From an uncultured Methanosarcinaceae archaeon (lineage in GTDB: Archaea; Halobacteriota; Methanosarcinia; Methanosarcinales; Methanosarcinaceae), in assembly GCA_963833425.1 (NCBI GenBank), contig CAWHXP010000003.1:192001-256000 (forward strand): a stretch of 64,000 bases of DNA. The letters run 5' to 3'. This document shows, in pieces, positions 23,468 through 34,586 of the stretch (positions are counted from its first letter, which is position 1; each line of letters starts with the position of its first letter). A program made the position numbers and the translations under genes. Under the pieces are notes generated by a model, which saw only the letters and a list, made by a program, of their open reading frames with translations, made no database searches and was not told where the DNA came from.

Positions 23468-24658
23468 TCATTTATTTCTCCGATTAATAGCCTGCAGTCC
23501 TATTTTCAGAGGCTCAGGAAGTTTTCCACACTGCATAGTCTTCATTTGATCAGTAGGAATAAGCTTTAAAGCTGCATTAGTGAGGGTATCGGATTTCATG
23601 ATCCCATCCATGAACCGCCTTATATATACTGAAGTCTCAATTGCATCTCCAATCTGAATTCTCCATTGATGGTCGTATTCTTCAAGCCGACATCTACCTG
23701 CAGTAAATTCTGCGGCAGTTTCACCTGCCACTTTTCCGGCAATCATAGCAGGTGGGATTCCACCTCCGTTTGTCGCAATAATGTGTCCTGCTGCATCCCC
23801 TACAATCAGCGAGTCTTCAGTTGCAGTTCTCTTCGGGGCTCCATTGACCGGAATTATACCTGCAATAACATTCATAAAGATACCGTTTTTCAGCTTTTGG
23901 CTGGCGATAGGATGATCCTGAATGAAACGGTTTAGGTATTCTTTTGCAGACACCCCTTTTTCATTCATTTTGGTTCGGATCCCTAACCCTACATTGGCTC
24001 TATCTTCGCCCTCGGGGAAAATCCAGGCATAGCCTCCGGGAACGAAATTGTTCCCAAAATACATCTCAAGCGAATCTGGATCTATATCCACATTCCTTAC
24101 TTGATATTCCAGAGCCACAGATGTTTCCCTTTCTCCACGCTTGAAAGAGAGACCTTTTGACTTTGCAACCAGAGAATTGGGACCATCGGCTCCAATTATC
24201 GCTTTTGCTCTGATAACGTGTTTCCCATAAATTCCTTTCGTTTCTACAGTTGTACCTTCTACCTTTGTCACGCGGGTTTTGATCACCAGTTCAACCCCCT
24301 CCTTTGCGGCCTTCTCAGCTAGAAATTGGTCATATCTGCGCCTATCGAGAACAGCACCACTGACAGCGAACTCTTTCATACTGCAATTTGGAGAGATGAT
24401 ACGCTGAGTTTTAATACGCTGGAGTATGCAGGAATCAGGATAGTTTTTCAGGAAATTTGGCAGTTTTGCATTAGGAAGAAGGGCCTGGACTTCTGAGGCA
24501 TCGGGGAGAAAGCCTGCACACTGAATGGGACTTCCTAATTCCTTTTTTTTATCAAGAAGAAGGACAGAAGATCCAGTTTCTACCGCATAAAAAGCAGCAG
24601 TAGAACCTGCTGGACCCGCGCCAACGACAATGACATCGTAATAGTCTTTTGGAATCAT
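23468..24658 (-). CDS. Geranylgeranyl reductase family flavoprotein
   Basis: DVIVVGAGPAGS, CAG, IIGADGPNS, PGGYAWIFP, VGDAAG...GGGI. Confidence 0.92.
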   Translation of the reverse strand: MIPKDYYDVIVVGAGPAGSTAAFYAVETGSSVLLLDKKKELGSPIQCAGFLPDASEVQALLPNAKLPNFLKNYPDSCILQRIKTQRIISPNCSMKEFAVSGAVLDRRRYDQFLAEKAAKEGVELVIKTRVTKVEGTTVETKGIYGKHVIRAKAIIGADGPNSLVAKSKGLSFKRGERETSVALEYQVRNVDIDPDSLEMYFGNNFVPGGYAWIFPEGEDRANVGLGIRTKMNEKGVSAKEYLNRFIQDHPIASQKLKNGIFMNVIAGIIPVNGAPKRTATEDSLIVGDAAGHIIATNGGGIPPAMIAGKVAGETAAEFTAGRCRLEEYDHQWRIQIGDAIETSVYIRRFMDGIMKSDTLTNAALKLIPTDQMKTMQCGKLPEPLKIGLQAINRRNK

Positions 24659-24747
24659 AAAAAGATATTCCTGTTGTTTATTTAGCCCCTGTAATTTACC
24701 AAAGAATTGTTATTAAACCTCTCTTGAAACGAAGATGATTAATCGTT

Positions 24748-24835
24748 GAAGATTTTGATAAATCCCCCGTTTTTAGCTGATTAGATATAACATTTATAAG
24801 CAATTTGTTGGAATAGGGGGTTTATCGAAATTCTC
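24748..24835. mobile_element. 88-bp MITE with IS5-type IRs
   Basis: GAAGATTTTGATAAAT ... GTTTATCGAAATTCTC. Confidence 0.78.
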
Positions 24836-24856
24836 TATTTTGCACGCAGTGAAAAT

Positions 24857-25147
24857 GGCTCTGTAGAAATGCTCTAAATTGAACTTTTACACTATAGTAT
24901 TATAATTATTCCTTTATAATATTTTTCATATATTTTTTGCTAAAAACGAAGGAACATTCAATATTGAAATTTAGTAAGTACATTAAATTTGTTGATACAA
25001 GCCTTGAAACTGTTAAGTTTTCCGGAGTGGACATTTATTCCTGTAAATATTCCAAACATGTTTATACTCAGCATAAACTTTTTGTTCTGGTTTTATTGAA
25101 GGAGTATATTAGTACAGACTATCGAGATTTTGTAGGACTTATTGACC
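24857..25147 (+). mobile_element. IS5-family 5' fragment (left IR plus transposase N-terminus)
   Basis: IR GGCTCTGTAGAAATGCTCTAAATTGAACTTTTAC (same as at the 57876 end); frame homologous to the 21922-22919 element. Confidence 0.8.
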
Positions 25148-25466
25148 TTATTAATCCAATGAAAAAAACCGTACTCATCAAATAAGAAGATAATTATCGC
25201 AAGAGTACAAGGGAATAGCTGAATATTTTAATATTCATCTTCAATCGTATGTCTGCTATAATTAACTCTTTTCTCTGAGTGAGGTGGTATGTGATGCTTG
25301 AATCTTTACTTTGATCATGATTCCTAAAGATGCTGAGATATCTATGAGGCCGTATAAACTTTTCTCGCTTACCACTGTAGTCTTATGAGGAAATTCTTGA
25401 AAAAAAATACCCGAGGATTGATAGGAAAACTAGCTATTAATGATATCTTGAAATAGGTTATTTTTA

Positions 25467-26738
25467 CTAATTAAAAAGTTGATCTATGAACCATTCGGGA
25501 TCGAATTTTTTCAGATCTTCGTAACTTTGCCCTATCCCAAAAAAGAGAATTGGCTTTTCTGTGATATAGGCAATGGAAATACCAGCTCCACCCTTGGCAT
25601 CAGCATCGATTTTTGTAAGAATAGTCCCATCTATTGGCACAGCTTTATTGAAAAGGGCAGCCCTTTCAACTGCATCATTTCCTGCAACTGCTTCATCGAC
25701 AAAAATTATGAGGTCTGGAGTACTTGTCCTGCAAATTTTTTCCATTTGTGCCATGAGATTTAGGTTTGTATGCATACGGCCTGCAGTATCTGAAAGCACG
25801 AAATCTATTTTATGGGCTTTTGCGTACTGAACTGCATCGTAAATAACTGCTGCTGGATCAGCTCCAGGCCGATGCTTAATTATTTTAACTCCTAGCCTGA
25901 TAGCATGAATTTCAAGCTGGTCAATAGCACCTGCTCTGAAAGTATCCCCTGCAGCCAAAATTACTGAATGACCTGACTTGAGTAGCCTGTGAGTCAACTT
26001 TGCAATAGATGTTGTTTTTCCTGTCCCATTAATCCCAACAAAAACAATGTGTACAGGCCTATCTATATTCTCCACGTACTCGTCAAAATCATAGGTATTA
26101 GCAGACACAATTTCCAGTATAGCTTTTTTCAAGGCTGCCTCTACTATTTCTTCTGTATCGCTGCCAATACGTTTTGTGGTACCTGTGAGCTGATTTTTCA
26201 CTGATTCCACAATAGCCTCGGAAACTGACAGAGCAAGATCACTTTCTAGAAGACCCATTTCAAGTTCCCAGAGAGGCTCTTCTAAATCCTTAATATCCAA
26301 ATAGACTTCCCTATTAAAAACCAGAGCTTTTGCTCTCTTTGCAAACCCAACATTAGATACCTTTTTGAAAAAAGATTTTTTTTCCTCAGGTTTTTTATCT
26401 CCATATACTTTTTCTTTCCCAGTATCGATATCTGCAGCTTTTTTTATCCCTTTAGCTCTTTTATTATATTCGACCTTTTTCTGGTCTTCTTTGTCAACAG
26501 TTACAGGCTTAGCCGTTGCATTCTCCATATGTTCGATTTCGGGGCTTTCTCCTCTTAGAACTGAGACAAAATCTGTTTCTTCTAAAACTGGCTCAAGTTC
26601 CCCTTCAGGGACTTCTTCTTTTTCAGGTGCATGTTCAGCTTCGTATTCGATAGCTACTGCTTTCTTTTCAATAGTTTTGCTGAGCGCCTTTTTAAAACTC
26701 CCAAGTTTCTCTTTAAATTTGTTGAACACAGGATCCAT
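25467..26738 (-). CDS. ftsY: Signal recognition particle receptor FtsY
   Basis: Acidic A-domain, GINGTGKTT, DTFRAGA, DTAGR, TKIDADAKGG. The start is ATG 26738 or GTG 26729; the ORF-track start lies inside a MITE. Confidence 0.95.
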   Translation of the reverse strand: MDPVFNKFKEKLGSFKKALSKTIEKKAVAIEYEAEHAPEKEEVPEGELEPVLEETDFVSVLRGESPEIEHMENATAKPVTVDKEDQKKVEYNKRAKGIKKAADIDTGKEKVYGDKKPEEKKSFFKKVSNVGFAKRAKALVFNREVYLDIKDLEEPLWELEMGLLESDLALSVSEAIVESVKNQLTGTTKRIGSDTEEIVEAALKKAILEIVSANTYDFDEYVENIDRPVHIVFVGINGTGKTTSIAKLTHRLLKSGHSVILAAGDTFRAGAIDQLEIHAIRLGVKIIKHRPGADPAAVIYDAVQYAKAHKIDFVLSDTAGRMHTNLNLMAQMEKICRTSTPDLIIFVDEAVAGNDAVERAALFNKAVPIDGTILTKIDADAKGGAGISIAYITEKPILFFGIGQSYEDLKKFDPEWFIDQLFN

Positions 26739-26769
26739 CCAAGAAATATTCAATAAAAAATAAGATATT

Positions 26770-26859
26770 ACAGATTTCGATAAACCTCTGATTTTCACTA
26801 GTCATTTGGATACTATTATATAGGGATAGGACTAAATTTAGAAATTTGTCGAAATCTTC
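26770..26859. mobile_element. ~90-bp MITE with IS5-type IRs
   Basis: ACAGATTTCGATAAAC ... ATTTGTCGAAATCTTC; internal ATTTTCACTAGTCAT (reverse of the family motif). Confidence 0.72.
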
Positions 26860-26893
26860 TATCATTTATTAAAATAAAAATTTTTATTCTTCA

Positions 26894-26981
26894 GAAAATT
26901 TCTGTATAATCCAATTTTGGTTGTTCTTTTATGAAACGTATATAAGCAATTTATTTAGATCGGATGTTTATCGAAATTCTC
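26894..26981. mobile_element. 88-bp MITE with IS5-type IRs
   Basis: GAAAATTTCTGTATAA ... GTTTATCGAAATTCTC; interior resembles the 24748 copy. Confidence 0.65.
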
Positions 26982-27029
26982 TTTAATAAGTTGAAATCTT
27001 TGATTTAGCTTTTGCTTGAATCAGGCTTT

Positions 27030-27461
27030 TTAAGCCTGCCCAAGCTGCTGAATTTTTGCAGCCTCAACTTCGAGAGCTTGCATACCCTGTATGAATTTAG
27101 TCAGTGAAGCGCTCATCTGTTCGAAAATTTTTGTAAGCTGCTCTTTTCGGCTTTTCAAGGTATCAATAGCTTCATCTGCTGTTTTTTCCACACTAAAGCC
27201 TGCTCCGATGTCTACAATGATCCTGTCCACATTTTTCACTTCGGCATAAACAAATGAGCCAAAACCCACAGGAACCATCGTTTCGGCAATCTTACCTTCT
27301 GCTGAGGCTGCCTTCAGTTCGTTTATGGCTATGATTGTCTGATCGCAGCTTAAAATAGAAGCCTGAATCATGTTCATTTCCTGCCTCAAGGCTTCAGTTT
27401 CCCTCTGGAACTCCTGATATTTGGATGCAAGATTTTTGGCATCTTCACTGATTTCGACCAT
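27030..27461 (-). CDS. pfdA: Prefoldin subunit alpha
   Basis: Coiled coils flanking ETMVPVGFGSFVYAEV..IIVDIGAGFSVEK; canonical position before ftsY. Confidence 0.95.
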   Translation of the reverse strand: MVEISEDAKNLASKYQEFQRETEALRQEMNMIQASILSCDQTIIAINELKAASAEGKIAETMVPVGFGSFVYAEVKNVDRIIVDIGAGFSVEKTADEAIDTLKSRKEQLTKIFEQMSASLTKFIQGMQALEVEAAKIQQLGQA

Positions 27462-27466
27462 ATCCT

Positions 27467-27643
27467 TCACTCCTCAGCAATGCTTTCTATCTGGATCTGG
27501 TTTCTTTTAATACAATGCTTGCTCCCAAAGACAGAATATACCTTATCTATTGCATTTTTCTCATTCTGGCTTTCAACTTTCTTAGTGAAATTTTCCCAGT
27601 TACTTCCTGCTTTAAATTTACCTTTGACAAAAAAATTTTTCAT
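27467..27643 (-). CDS. rpl18a: 50S ribosomal protein L18a (aL20/LX)
   Basis: [10 protein letters not shown]...[26 protein letters not shown]. Confidence 0.92.
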   Translation of the reverse strand: MKNFFVKGKFKAGSNWENFTKKVESQNEKNAIDKVYSVFGSKHCIKRNQIQIESIAEE

Positions 27644-27697
27644 CTTGGTCACCGCTCTTGATGTAGCTTTATTTCGCAACAATTGAGTGATTAGTGC

Positions 27698-28357
27698 TCA
27701 CTTTATGAATCCGAGTGCTTCTTCGATTCTCCCAAGTTCAGGCCCTGTAGTATCTGAACCTGCTAAATAGCCATTTGAATTAGCAAGCATTCCTGAGCCT
27801 AGCATCTGAGTTCCAAAATTTGTAGTCCCTATACTCACTGGAAGCTCGAAGATTTTTTCCAGAATTTCTCTCTCCGAAGACGTCACTCTCGGATGTACCA
27901 GGAGTCCTTTGTTGGTGACAACTCCCGCCATACCTACATTTTTTATCCCAGCAATTGTTCCTCTATAGACTTCGACCTTAAGAGTTCTTGAAATAGCCTC
28001 AATAGCCCGGTCTGAGAGGTCTGGATGAACGAGGGATGCTGAATCGTTTGCAAGCACAATGTTTCCGACTGCATTCAATCTATCTGGAAGAGCCTCTACG
28101 TTAACTTCAGTTATTTTTTGAAGATTTCTTGCGTTGGTTCCGTATGAAAATAAAAATCCGTTTGAGTTTCCTCTAGAAAGGGCCCCTACAACGACACTAC
28201 CATTCACAAGAATCTCAACTACCCTTACATCCAGAGCCTTCTCAATTCTAGCACAGATATCAAGCTTTGTCAGAGGGGGAACGAGTGCAATATTATTTGT
28301 ACAAGTTGCAAAGACCCCTATCATTGGAGTATCGTAGATGTCAATTGTTCGAATCAT
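27698..28357 (-). CDS. eif6: Translation initiation factor 6 (aIF6)
   Basis: [36 protein letters not shown]. Confidence 0.96.
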   Translation of the reverse strand: MIRTIDIYDTPMIGVFATCTNNIALVPPLTKLDICARIEKALDVRVVEILVNGSVVVGALSRGNSNGFLFSYGTNARNLQKITEVNVEALPDRLNAVGNIVLANDSASLVHPDLSDRAIEAISRTLKVEVYRGTIAGIKNVGMAGVVTNKGLLVHPRVTSSEREILEKIFELPVSIGTTNFGTQMLGSGMLANSNGYLAGSDTTGPELGRIEEALGFIK

Positions 28358-28389
28358 ATTTTTTGGGAATTCACATTTTCGTGTATGTT

Positions 28390-28659
28390 CTACTGGGAAA
28401 GTTCTGCCTGTACCTCTCCATCTGCGAATCTTACAGCTCTGACCCGGATAGAGAGTGGAGGCTTTTCACAACCTTTTTCCCAGAGACGTTCATTAATGGA
28501 TCTGTCCAGCTTAACTTTTACAGACTCGACTTTCATGTGCTTCATGATAAAAATTCTTACCTCAGTAACTGCCCTATTGGCTCTTTTCCATGTAGGTACT
28601 TTTCTTACCGCCCTTAGGGGAATAGTATAGATCTGTTCTTTCACCAAATCTTCTGCCAT
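28390..28659 (-). CDS. rpl31e: 50S ribosomal protein L31e
   Basis: [27 protein letters not shown]. Confidence 0.96.
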   Translation of the reverse strand: MAEDLVKEQIYTIPLRAVRKVPTWKRANRAVTEVRIFIMKHMKVESVKVKLDRSINERLWEKGCEKPPLSIRVRAVRFADGEVQAELSQ

Positions 28660-28681
28660 TGTTTTTGTTCACCGTCCTTGC

Positions 28682-28852
<171 letters not shown>

Positions 28853-29085
28853 TTACCTGCAAGTAATTTAGCTCTATTAATATGTGGTTATATCCAGTAA
28901 TTAGATAACTGTGATATTAATCCTTACATAATTGCGGTTCCGCCCGCTGGATAAAAGTAGCTCTCAAAACCATATCCTGTAAATTCTAGGAGAGTTTCAG
29001 TCAATCTGCAAGGGTTGAATATAACTCGATTATCGTATAAATCTTTATTCCAGAATTTCTAATCTACCTTAAAACTCCCGAACCT

Positions 29086-29700
29086 TTATATATCCTTGCA
29101 GGGCTGTTCTTTCCTGGAAAGAACATGGGATTGGATGTGAGCAGGAAATAGTTCCCCTATTTTATCTTCACTGTGTCTTTGTCTGATTAACTCCCTTAGC
29201 TCGTTTTCATAATCCGCTTTCGAAATACTCTCACTTGGACCTTCCTCAATCCTTAAGTAGCGTTCAGCGAGAAAACTCACAGTCTTCCTACTATACCCTC
29301 TCAGGGGGCAAACATACTGAATTTCCAGTCGGTCTTCAATACTTCTCATTTGTGAAATTGAAAGAACAGGAACTTTGTCATCCCTTCTGGTTCCATCAGC
29401 AATGCATTTAACCCCCGGATCTGAAGCAAGGGTTTCTATAGCTTTTTCATGTATATAATTAATAGCGTTTTTAGGAAACCCGTCTTTTATTAATTTCTCA
29501 TATGCCTTTTCAAGGATCTCCCTTTCCAGGAAAAGAATCCGGTGAGGAAACTGCAACACTTTTGCAGTTTTTGCTGCCAGCTCTCCATTGGAAAGCAAAC
29601 CGAAGCTGCACGTAACAAGTTCGATCTCAAAAAACGGTTCCATCAAAAGGGCAGAAAGAGAGCTGTCCTTGCCTCCGCTGAAGAGGATAGAAGTTCTCAT
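29086..29700 (-). CDS. Archaeal PP-loop (adenine nucleotide alpha hydrolase-like) protein
   Basis: LFSGGKDSSL, ADGTRRDD, KADYE; conserved position between PDCD5 and rpl39e. Confidence 0.85.
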   Translation of the reverse strand: MRTSILFSGGKDSSLSALLMEPFFEIELVTCSFGLLSNGELAAKTAKVLQFPHRILFLEREILEKAYEKLIKDGFPKNAINYIHEKAIETLASDPGVKCIADGTRRDDKVPVLSISQMRSIEDRLEIQYVCPLRGYSRKTVSFLAERYLRIEEGPSESISKADYENELRELIRQRHSEDKIGELFPAHIQSHVLSRKEQPCKDI

Positions 29701-29705
29701 TCTAC

Positions 29706-30065
29706 TTAAATCCGATTTATGGTCGTCTTACGCTTCTTTGGCTGCATCTTCATCAGGAGCTTTTTAAGTTGTTCATCATCTATTTGTGATGGTAAGCGTC
29801 CAGTCTGAGCGAGCGAAATAAGCTGCATTTCAAGCTGTTCACCAAGAGCCGGCCTTGACATCTTCATGGTTGTAAGGCGTTCTCTGGCTTCAGGAGTCAG
29901 AATTTGCCTCAGGATTAGCTGCTTCTGAGCTTCCATATCAGCTCTTGCCTGTTCCTGCTGGTATACTGCCTGCATGTCAGAAGGCTGTTGCTGTACATGC
30001 TGTTTCTGGATTTCTGCGAGCCGTCTCTTTCGAATTTCGTTGAGTTCGTCATCCATTGTAGACAT
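29706..30065 (-). CDS. PDCD5-like dsDNA-binding protein
   Basis: [28 protein letters not shown]; start taken as ATG 30065. Confidence 0.92.
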   Translation of the reverse strand: MSTMDDELNEIRKRRLAEIQKQHVQQQPSDMQAVYQQEQARADMEAQKQLILRQILTPEARERLTTMKMSRPALGEQLEMQLISLAQTGRLPSQIDDEQLKKLLMKMQPKKRKTTINRI

Positions 30066-30172
30066 GTAAAATCTCCCAAAAAAACCGTTTTCCAGAGCAA
30101 TCTGTATCAAGATAGATAATATATTAGAAAGCACTACTAAACATCGAAAGTCCCCTTCGGAAATAACTCGTC

Positions 30173-30622
30173 TCAGTATTTCACCAGTTCCGGGATTTTA
30201 CCAAGAAGTTCATGCTTTAGCTCATTGGCTGCATTGTCAAGCATTGAACGTCCTTTTGCAGATACTGTTCTTCCGTCCTTTAACTTTTGCAGGTAACCTG
30301 CAGCCTCGAGTTGCTGCACTGCCTTTCTAATAATCGAACCACTACCTTTTGCTTTGTGGCTCGGGCTTGAGCCATTATCCTTCTTCCCACCATATACAGA
30401 GCGAAGCCTCTCAATTCCTACAGGCCCATCAGTATAAATTTTTCTCAGGACTGCAGCACATCTGATATACCACCATTTATCATTGCTCGGGGGAAGTTCC
30501 TTATGAATTCCTGTTTTCACGTTCTCTGCCCACATAGGTGGAACAATATTTTCGTTTTCCTCAAGAAAGGCTGCAACCTTTTCAATGAGTTCCATTGAAG
30601 GGACATCAAATACTGTTGTCAT
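30173..30622 (-). CDS. rps19e: 30S ribosomal protein S19e
   Basis: [56 protein letters not shown]. Confidence 0.97.
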   Translation of the reverse strand: MTTVFDVPSMELIEKVAAFLEENENIVPPMWAENVKTGIHKELPPSNDKWWYIRCAAVLRKIYTDGPVGIERLRSVYGGKKDNGSSPSHKAKGSGSIIRKAVQQLEAAGYLQKLKDGRTVSAKGRSMLDNAANELKHELLGKIPELVKY

Positions 30623-32101
30623 AATCTCCTCCTTTTCCAAATTAAGTTATTTTTAGCTCAGGGGCAATGAAGCCGATTTTCCCCTGTCCCCTTCCATAAA
30701 TAAGCTTTTTTCCCGAAACGAGGTAAAAATCCCTATTTCGACACATACTTGCATGTATTAAAGTGGACTTGCTGGACTCTTATTATTTAGGCCTTCTGAC
30801 CCGATAATGCCGATAAATATGATTTTAGTTAAAACTGGAAAGAGGTTGATACATTTCTCAGTTAATATATACATTTTTCGGTGACTCGCCTGGCAAGCTT
30901 ACTAAATGTAATTATTCTTTTTTAAAGGTTTGTGACCAGGCTGGACTTTTCGAAATATAATTTAGAGATACTTTCAAAATTTTATTCAATTTCCAAGGTC
31001 CAAAAAGATTCTATTTGAGCAAAATAAAGGTAGACCTAAAAGGCTTGTGCATAGAAGGTAACAAAAAAATGCTTGAGACTCATTGTCATTGATTTCAAAA
31101 ATCTTATAAATAAATTCGGCTTAAGATAACTTTATAGTTTACCAATAAATAAGTTGGAAGATATTTTGAGGATTCTGTTTCCCTTTATTCCCTTATTCTT
31201 TTCTGGTTTCATTATTCTTCGAGTTTATAGATAGTTTCCTCTAAACTTTAAATGTTCTTATTATTTCCTGGGTTTTGAAAATCTATACATCTTATCAATT
31301 TGATCCGAAACTCGACATTTTTACCAAAATTACGTGGCAAAACTAACGAAATTTTGGTAAAATACATCGTTTTTATCAAAATAATTGTTAGCACAAATCC
31401 AAAATGTTACTACCTTTAGAAATTGAAAATATAAATTTCATAGATGCGAATGTAAATGTTATTAACATGTCGAAAATAAATTGCTCCTTAACTACATCAA
31501 CGATAGCCCCCACTGTATCGATAAGAGATAGTATAATAACACAGAGATACCATTATTGGACCTTATAGCGAAATCACATTATTAACTTCGTCAGTTCTTT
31601 ACTTTAAAGTAATGGTCTGCGACACTGAAATTCGGTTCAGATAACTTTAGAATACCTAATTATATGTCACCTAAACAAAACAATTGGAAGTGGGTTGACG
31701 CGCTTATGGTGTTAATGCACCGGAGATCGATGATATGAGTGCTAACTAAAACGTGTCATTAACGAAAACAATGCTCTTCCTTTAATAAACGACATCTAAA
31801 GTCAATTCTTATCTATCCCCACAAGCGACAATCGTCAATTCCTCCTGAAATCGGGGCTATGGTGCTAAGTCAATGCGGCGAAATCAGGATCAGCGATATC
31901 ATCTTACCAGTGTAATCTGTAATGATTTGAAGCATTTTGCAGATATGGATTGATTATTATTCCAGATTTTTCAGGAACAAGCATCAGGGGGTGATCACAC
32001 AATCAAATATGGATAGAGAATATTCTATTTCCATCGCATTTTTGGCATTTTCATAGTTAATTGTATCACTCTTATATCTAATGCAGCATAAATAAAGCAT
32101 A

Positions 32102-32189
32102 GACTATTAAGATTTGACTCTGATTTTCACAAATTATTTAGATGCCATTTATAAACACACGATACAATTTAGGATTTATCGAAATTCTC
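32102..32189. mobile_element. Degenerate ~88-bp MITE with IS5-type IR
   Basis: Right IR GGATTTATCGAAATTCTC and internal ATTTTCAC motif; the left IR is eroded. Confidence 0.55.
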
Positions 32190-32555
32190 TTTGATTAATT
32201 TTTATAGTCTTCTGATTTGTGAAAATGTTTTCAGATCAGAGAATATTCAAAATACTGAAAGAGAATCAAAGTATAAGTAATAGCACAAATAATATCATTA
32301 TAAGGAGCTCAGTTGCCAAAAAGATTTAATGCAAATATAATTTTGGACAATGGATTAAGTTTTTTGGAAAATATAAATTTCAAGTGTACATACCATCTGG
32401 TTCCATAACTAGTAAAGAGTCTACAACTAGTAGATCTCGTTAAACAATTGAAGAGTACAATAGAATTCGATAATGTTTAAGGGACACGTTTAAAAATATT
32501 GTTTTCGGAAAAAGACTGAAATCTGGAAGTTTATCCACTCTAAAGGGGAGGTACA

Positions 32556-32963
32556 ATGAAAAAAGCAAAAATTTTGGTTGTTGAAGATCAGAATATAGTG
32601 GCTCTCAACATCAGGAATAAGCTGAAAAATATGGGTTATACTGTGCCTGGTACTGCATCTACTGTAGAAGAAGCAATACAAAAAGCAAAGCTGGCAAATG
32701 TGGATCTTGTTTTGATGGATATCATGTTGAAAGGAGATAGAGATGGAATTGAAGCTGCTCGTGAAATCAAAGAGAAACTCAAAATTCCGGTACTTTATCT
32801 GACCGCATATACTGATGATGAGACTCTCGCTAGGGCAAAAACTACAGAACCTGCAGGATATATATCAAAACCTTTTAAAGAAGAAGACCTGCAAATCAGT
32901 ATAGAGCTGGCTTTGCATAAACATAGGACTGAAAAAAAAGAGATTGATAACATTAAGGAATAA
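32556..32963 (+). CDS. Single-domain response regulator receiver
   Basis: KILVVED, DLVLMDIML, YLTAY, YISKPF. Confidence 0.93.
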   Translation: MKKAKILVVEDQNIVALNIRNKLKNMGYTVPGTASTVEEAIQKAKLANVDLVLMDIMLKGDRDGIEAAREIKEKLKIPVLYLTAYTDDETLARAKTTEPAGYISKPFKEEDLQISIELALHKHRTEKKEIDNIKE

Positions 32964-33337
32964 TTAGCTTTTTAAACAAAGAGGTGGCAAGTCATACAAT
33001 TGAAAAAACTATGGATCTGTCTTTTTCTATCAGACATTAGCTTTATTACACTTTCTTTTACATCTAGCGCAAGTAGTATTTTATCTCCCTAAATAAAATA
33101 TAGTGAATAAAAATAATTTGAGACATTATCAAGCAAATAAGTTTCTGCGAAAAAATATGTTTCTGAAAAGCGTCTTAATCCTATTTTCAGACGAAAACAT
33201 CCTTCTGTTTTAACATATATTTCTTGCTTAACTGCTTGATAGTCCAAATATTTTAACAAAATAGCTTCAATAAGTAGATATTAGGTTATATAATCATATG
33301 TTTAAAATATCATTTTACAGCAATTAGACGATCTTTC

Positions 33338-33423
33338 CAACTTGAACGTCAAAGCGATGTATTTCTATAATTTCTTTCCGGAAATTTATTGGTTTTCCTG
33401 AGTACATACCAGACAATACCACA
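33338..33423 (+). mobile_element. 5' piece of an older IS5 transposase, interrupted by the IS at 33424
   Basis: Encodes ISFRKFIGFPEYIPDNTT and stops at CACA, next to the IR. Confidence 0.75.
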
Positions 33424-34483
33424 GAGAATTTCGATAACCTCCATGCTCTTGAGCATGGTTGACTTTAAATTTGTCAATATTTATCTATATTCACGAAAAC
33501 TCTTACTGATTTTGCTCTTAAAGAAGAGTATAAACGTCTTGAATCTGTTGGAGATAAGCTTGCTGAAATTGCTTCCTTAATTGATTGGAAAACGTTTCGT
33601 ATTATTCTTGAGTCTATGTATATTAACAAAACCGTTTCAGAAGGGAGACCTGAAACTGGTGTCATTGTGATGTTCAAAATGCTTGTTTTACAACAATGGC
33701 ATGGGCTCTCTGATTTTGAACTTGAGAAAGTGTGTATAGATCGAATTTCTTTTAGGAAATTCCTTGGATTTCCGGAATACATACCTGACAGTACTACTGT
33801 ATGGCTATTTAGGAAGAGAATTATCGAGAATTTCAAAGAAAATATGGGGAAAGTTGCAAAGCCAACTTTATGCTCTGGGTTTACAGATAAAGCAGGGAAT
33901 TATTCAGGATGCTACTTTTATCCATCCAGATCTCGGAAATGCAAAAGCAGATAAACCTCAGAATAAAGCAAAAATACGGAGATTCAGAGATGGAACCTAT
34001 ATAACAAAGGGTAATAAGTAGCACTTTGGTTATAAAGTGAATATCATACGATATCGGGAGTATAAGCTGATTAGAAGGGTCAAACAACGACTGATTATTT
34101 AGTAATTCTCAGGTAGATTTATCAGAAAAAAATTAAGTGGTCTACAGAGACAAAGGATCCTTGGGAGCAAAGCCAAAAGGTTATGATGCAACAATTAAAA
34201 GAGCAGTAAAAAAACCTCCTCTTGGATGAGTGAGGTTTCAAGAAGCAGGCGGATTAGCTCAAAAAGATTCCAAGGGAAAAGAGTTTATTCAGTAATTGGA
34301 AAAATATTCACGGCAGGAAAAATTTTTGTCACTAATGTTCAAAGAGCGAATCTGAAGATATTGTGTATAGCTTTTTGTTATAATCTCTGTCGGTTGATTA
34401 TATTGAAAATAAAAATAATGAACCAAAATAGAAAAAATCAGGTCGAATACAAAATTCGTGAGAAAGATTTATAGACGATTCCC
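33424..34483 (+). mobile_element. IS5-family element, transposase pseudogene
   Basis: Left IR GAGAATTTCGATAACC; LVLQQWHGLSD, DRISFRKFLGF, IQDATFI, YRDKG; multiple frameshifts and stops; eroded right IR. Confidence 0.9.
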
Positions 34484-34586
34484 GCGAGGAAAATGAGAAG
34501 AGGTAAATCATAATCTTTTATAGTAAAGGTATGATACATGAACAAAGGTATAAGATATGAACCCGAAAAAAATGAGCTGATAGCCT

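Noticed and set aside
26739..26798. N-terminal extension of FtsY in the ORF track
   Set aside because: That start codon lies inside a MITE; the FtsY-like sequence begins at MDPVFNKFKEKL.
33939..34295. Pyrrolysine read-through rescuing the IS5 or GH15 pseudogenes
   Set aside because: They also contain TAA/TGA stops and frameshifts.
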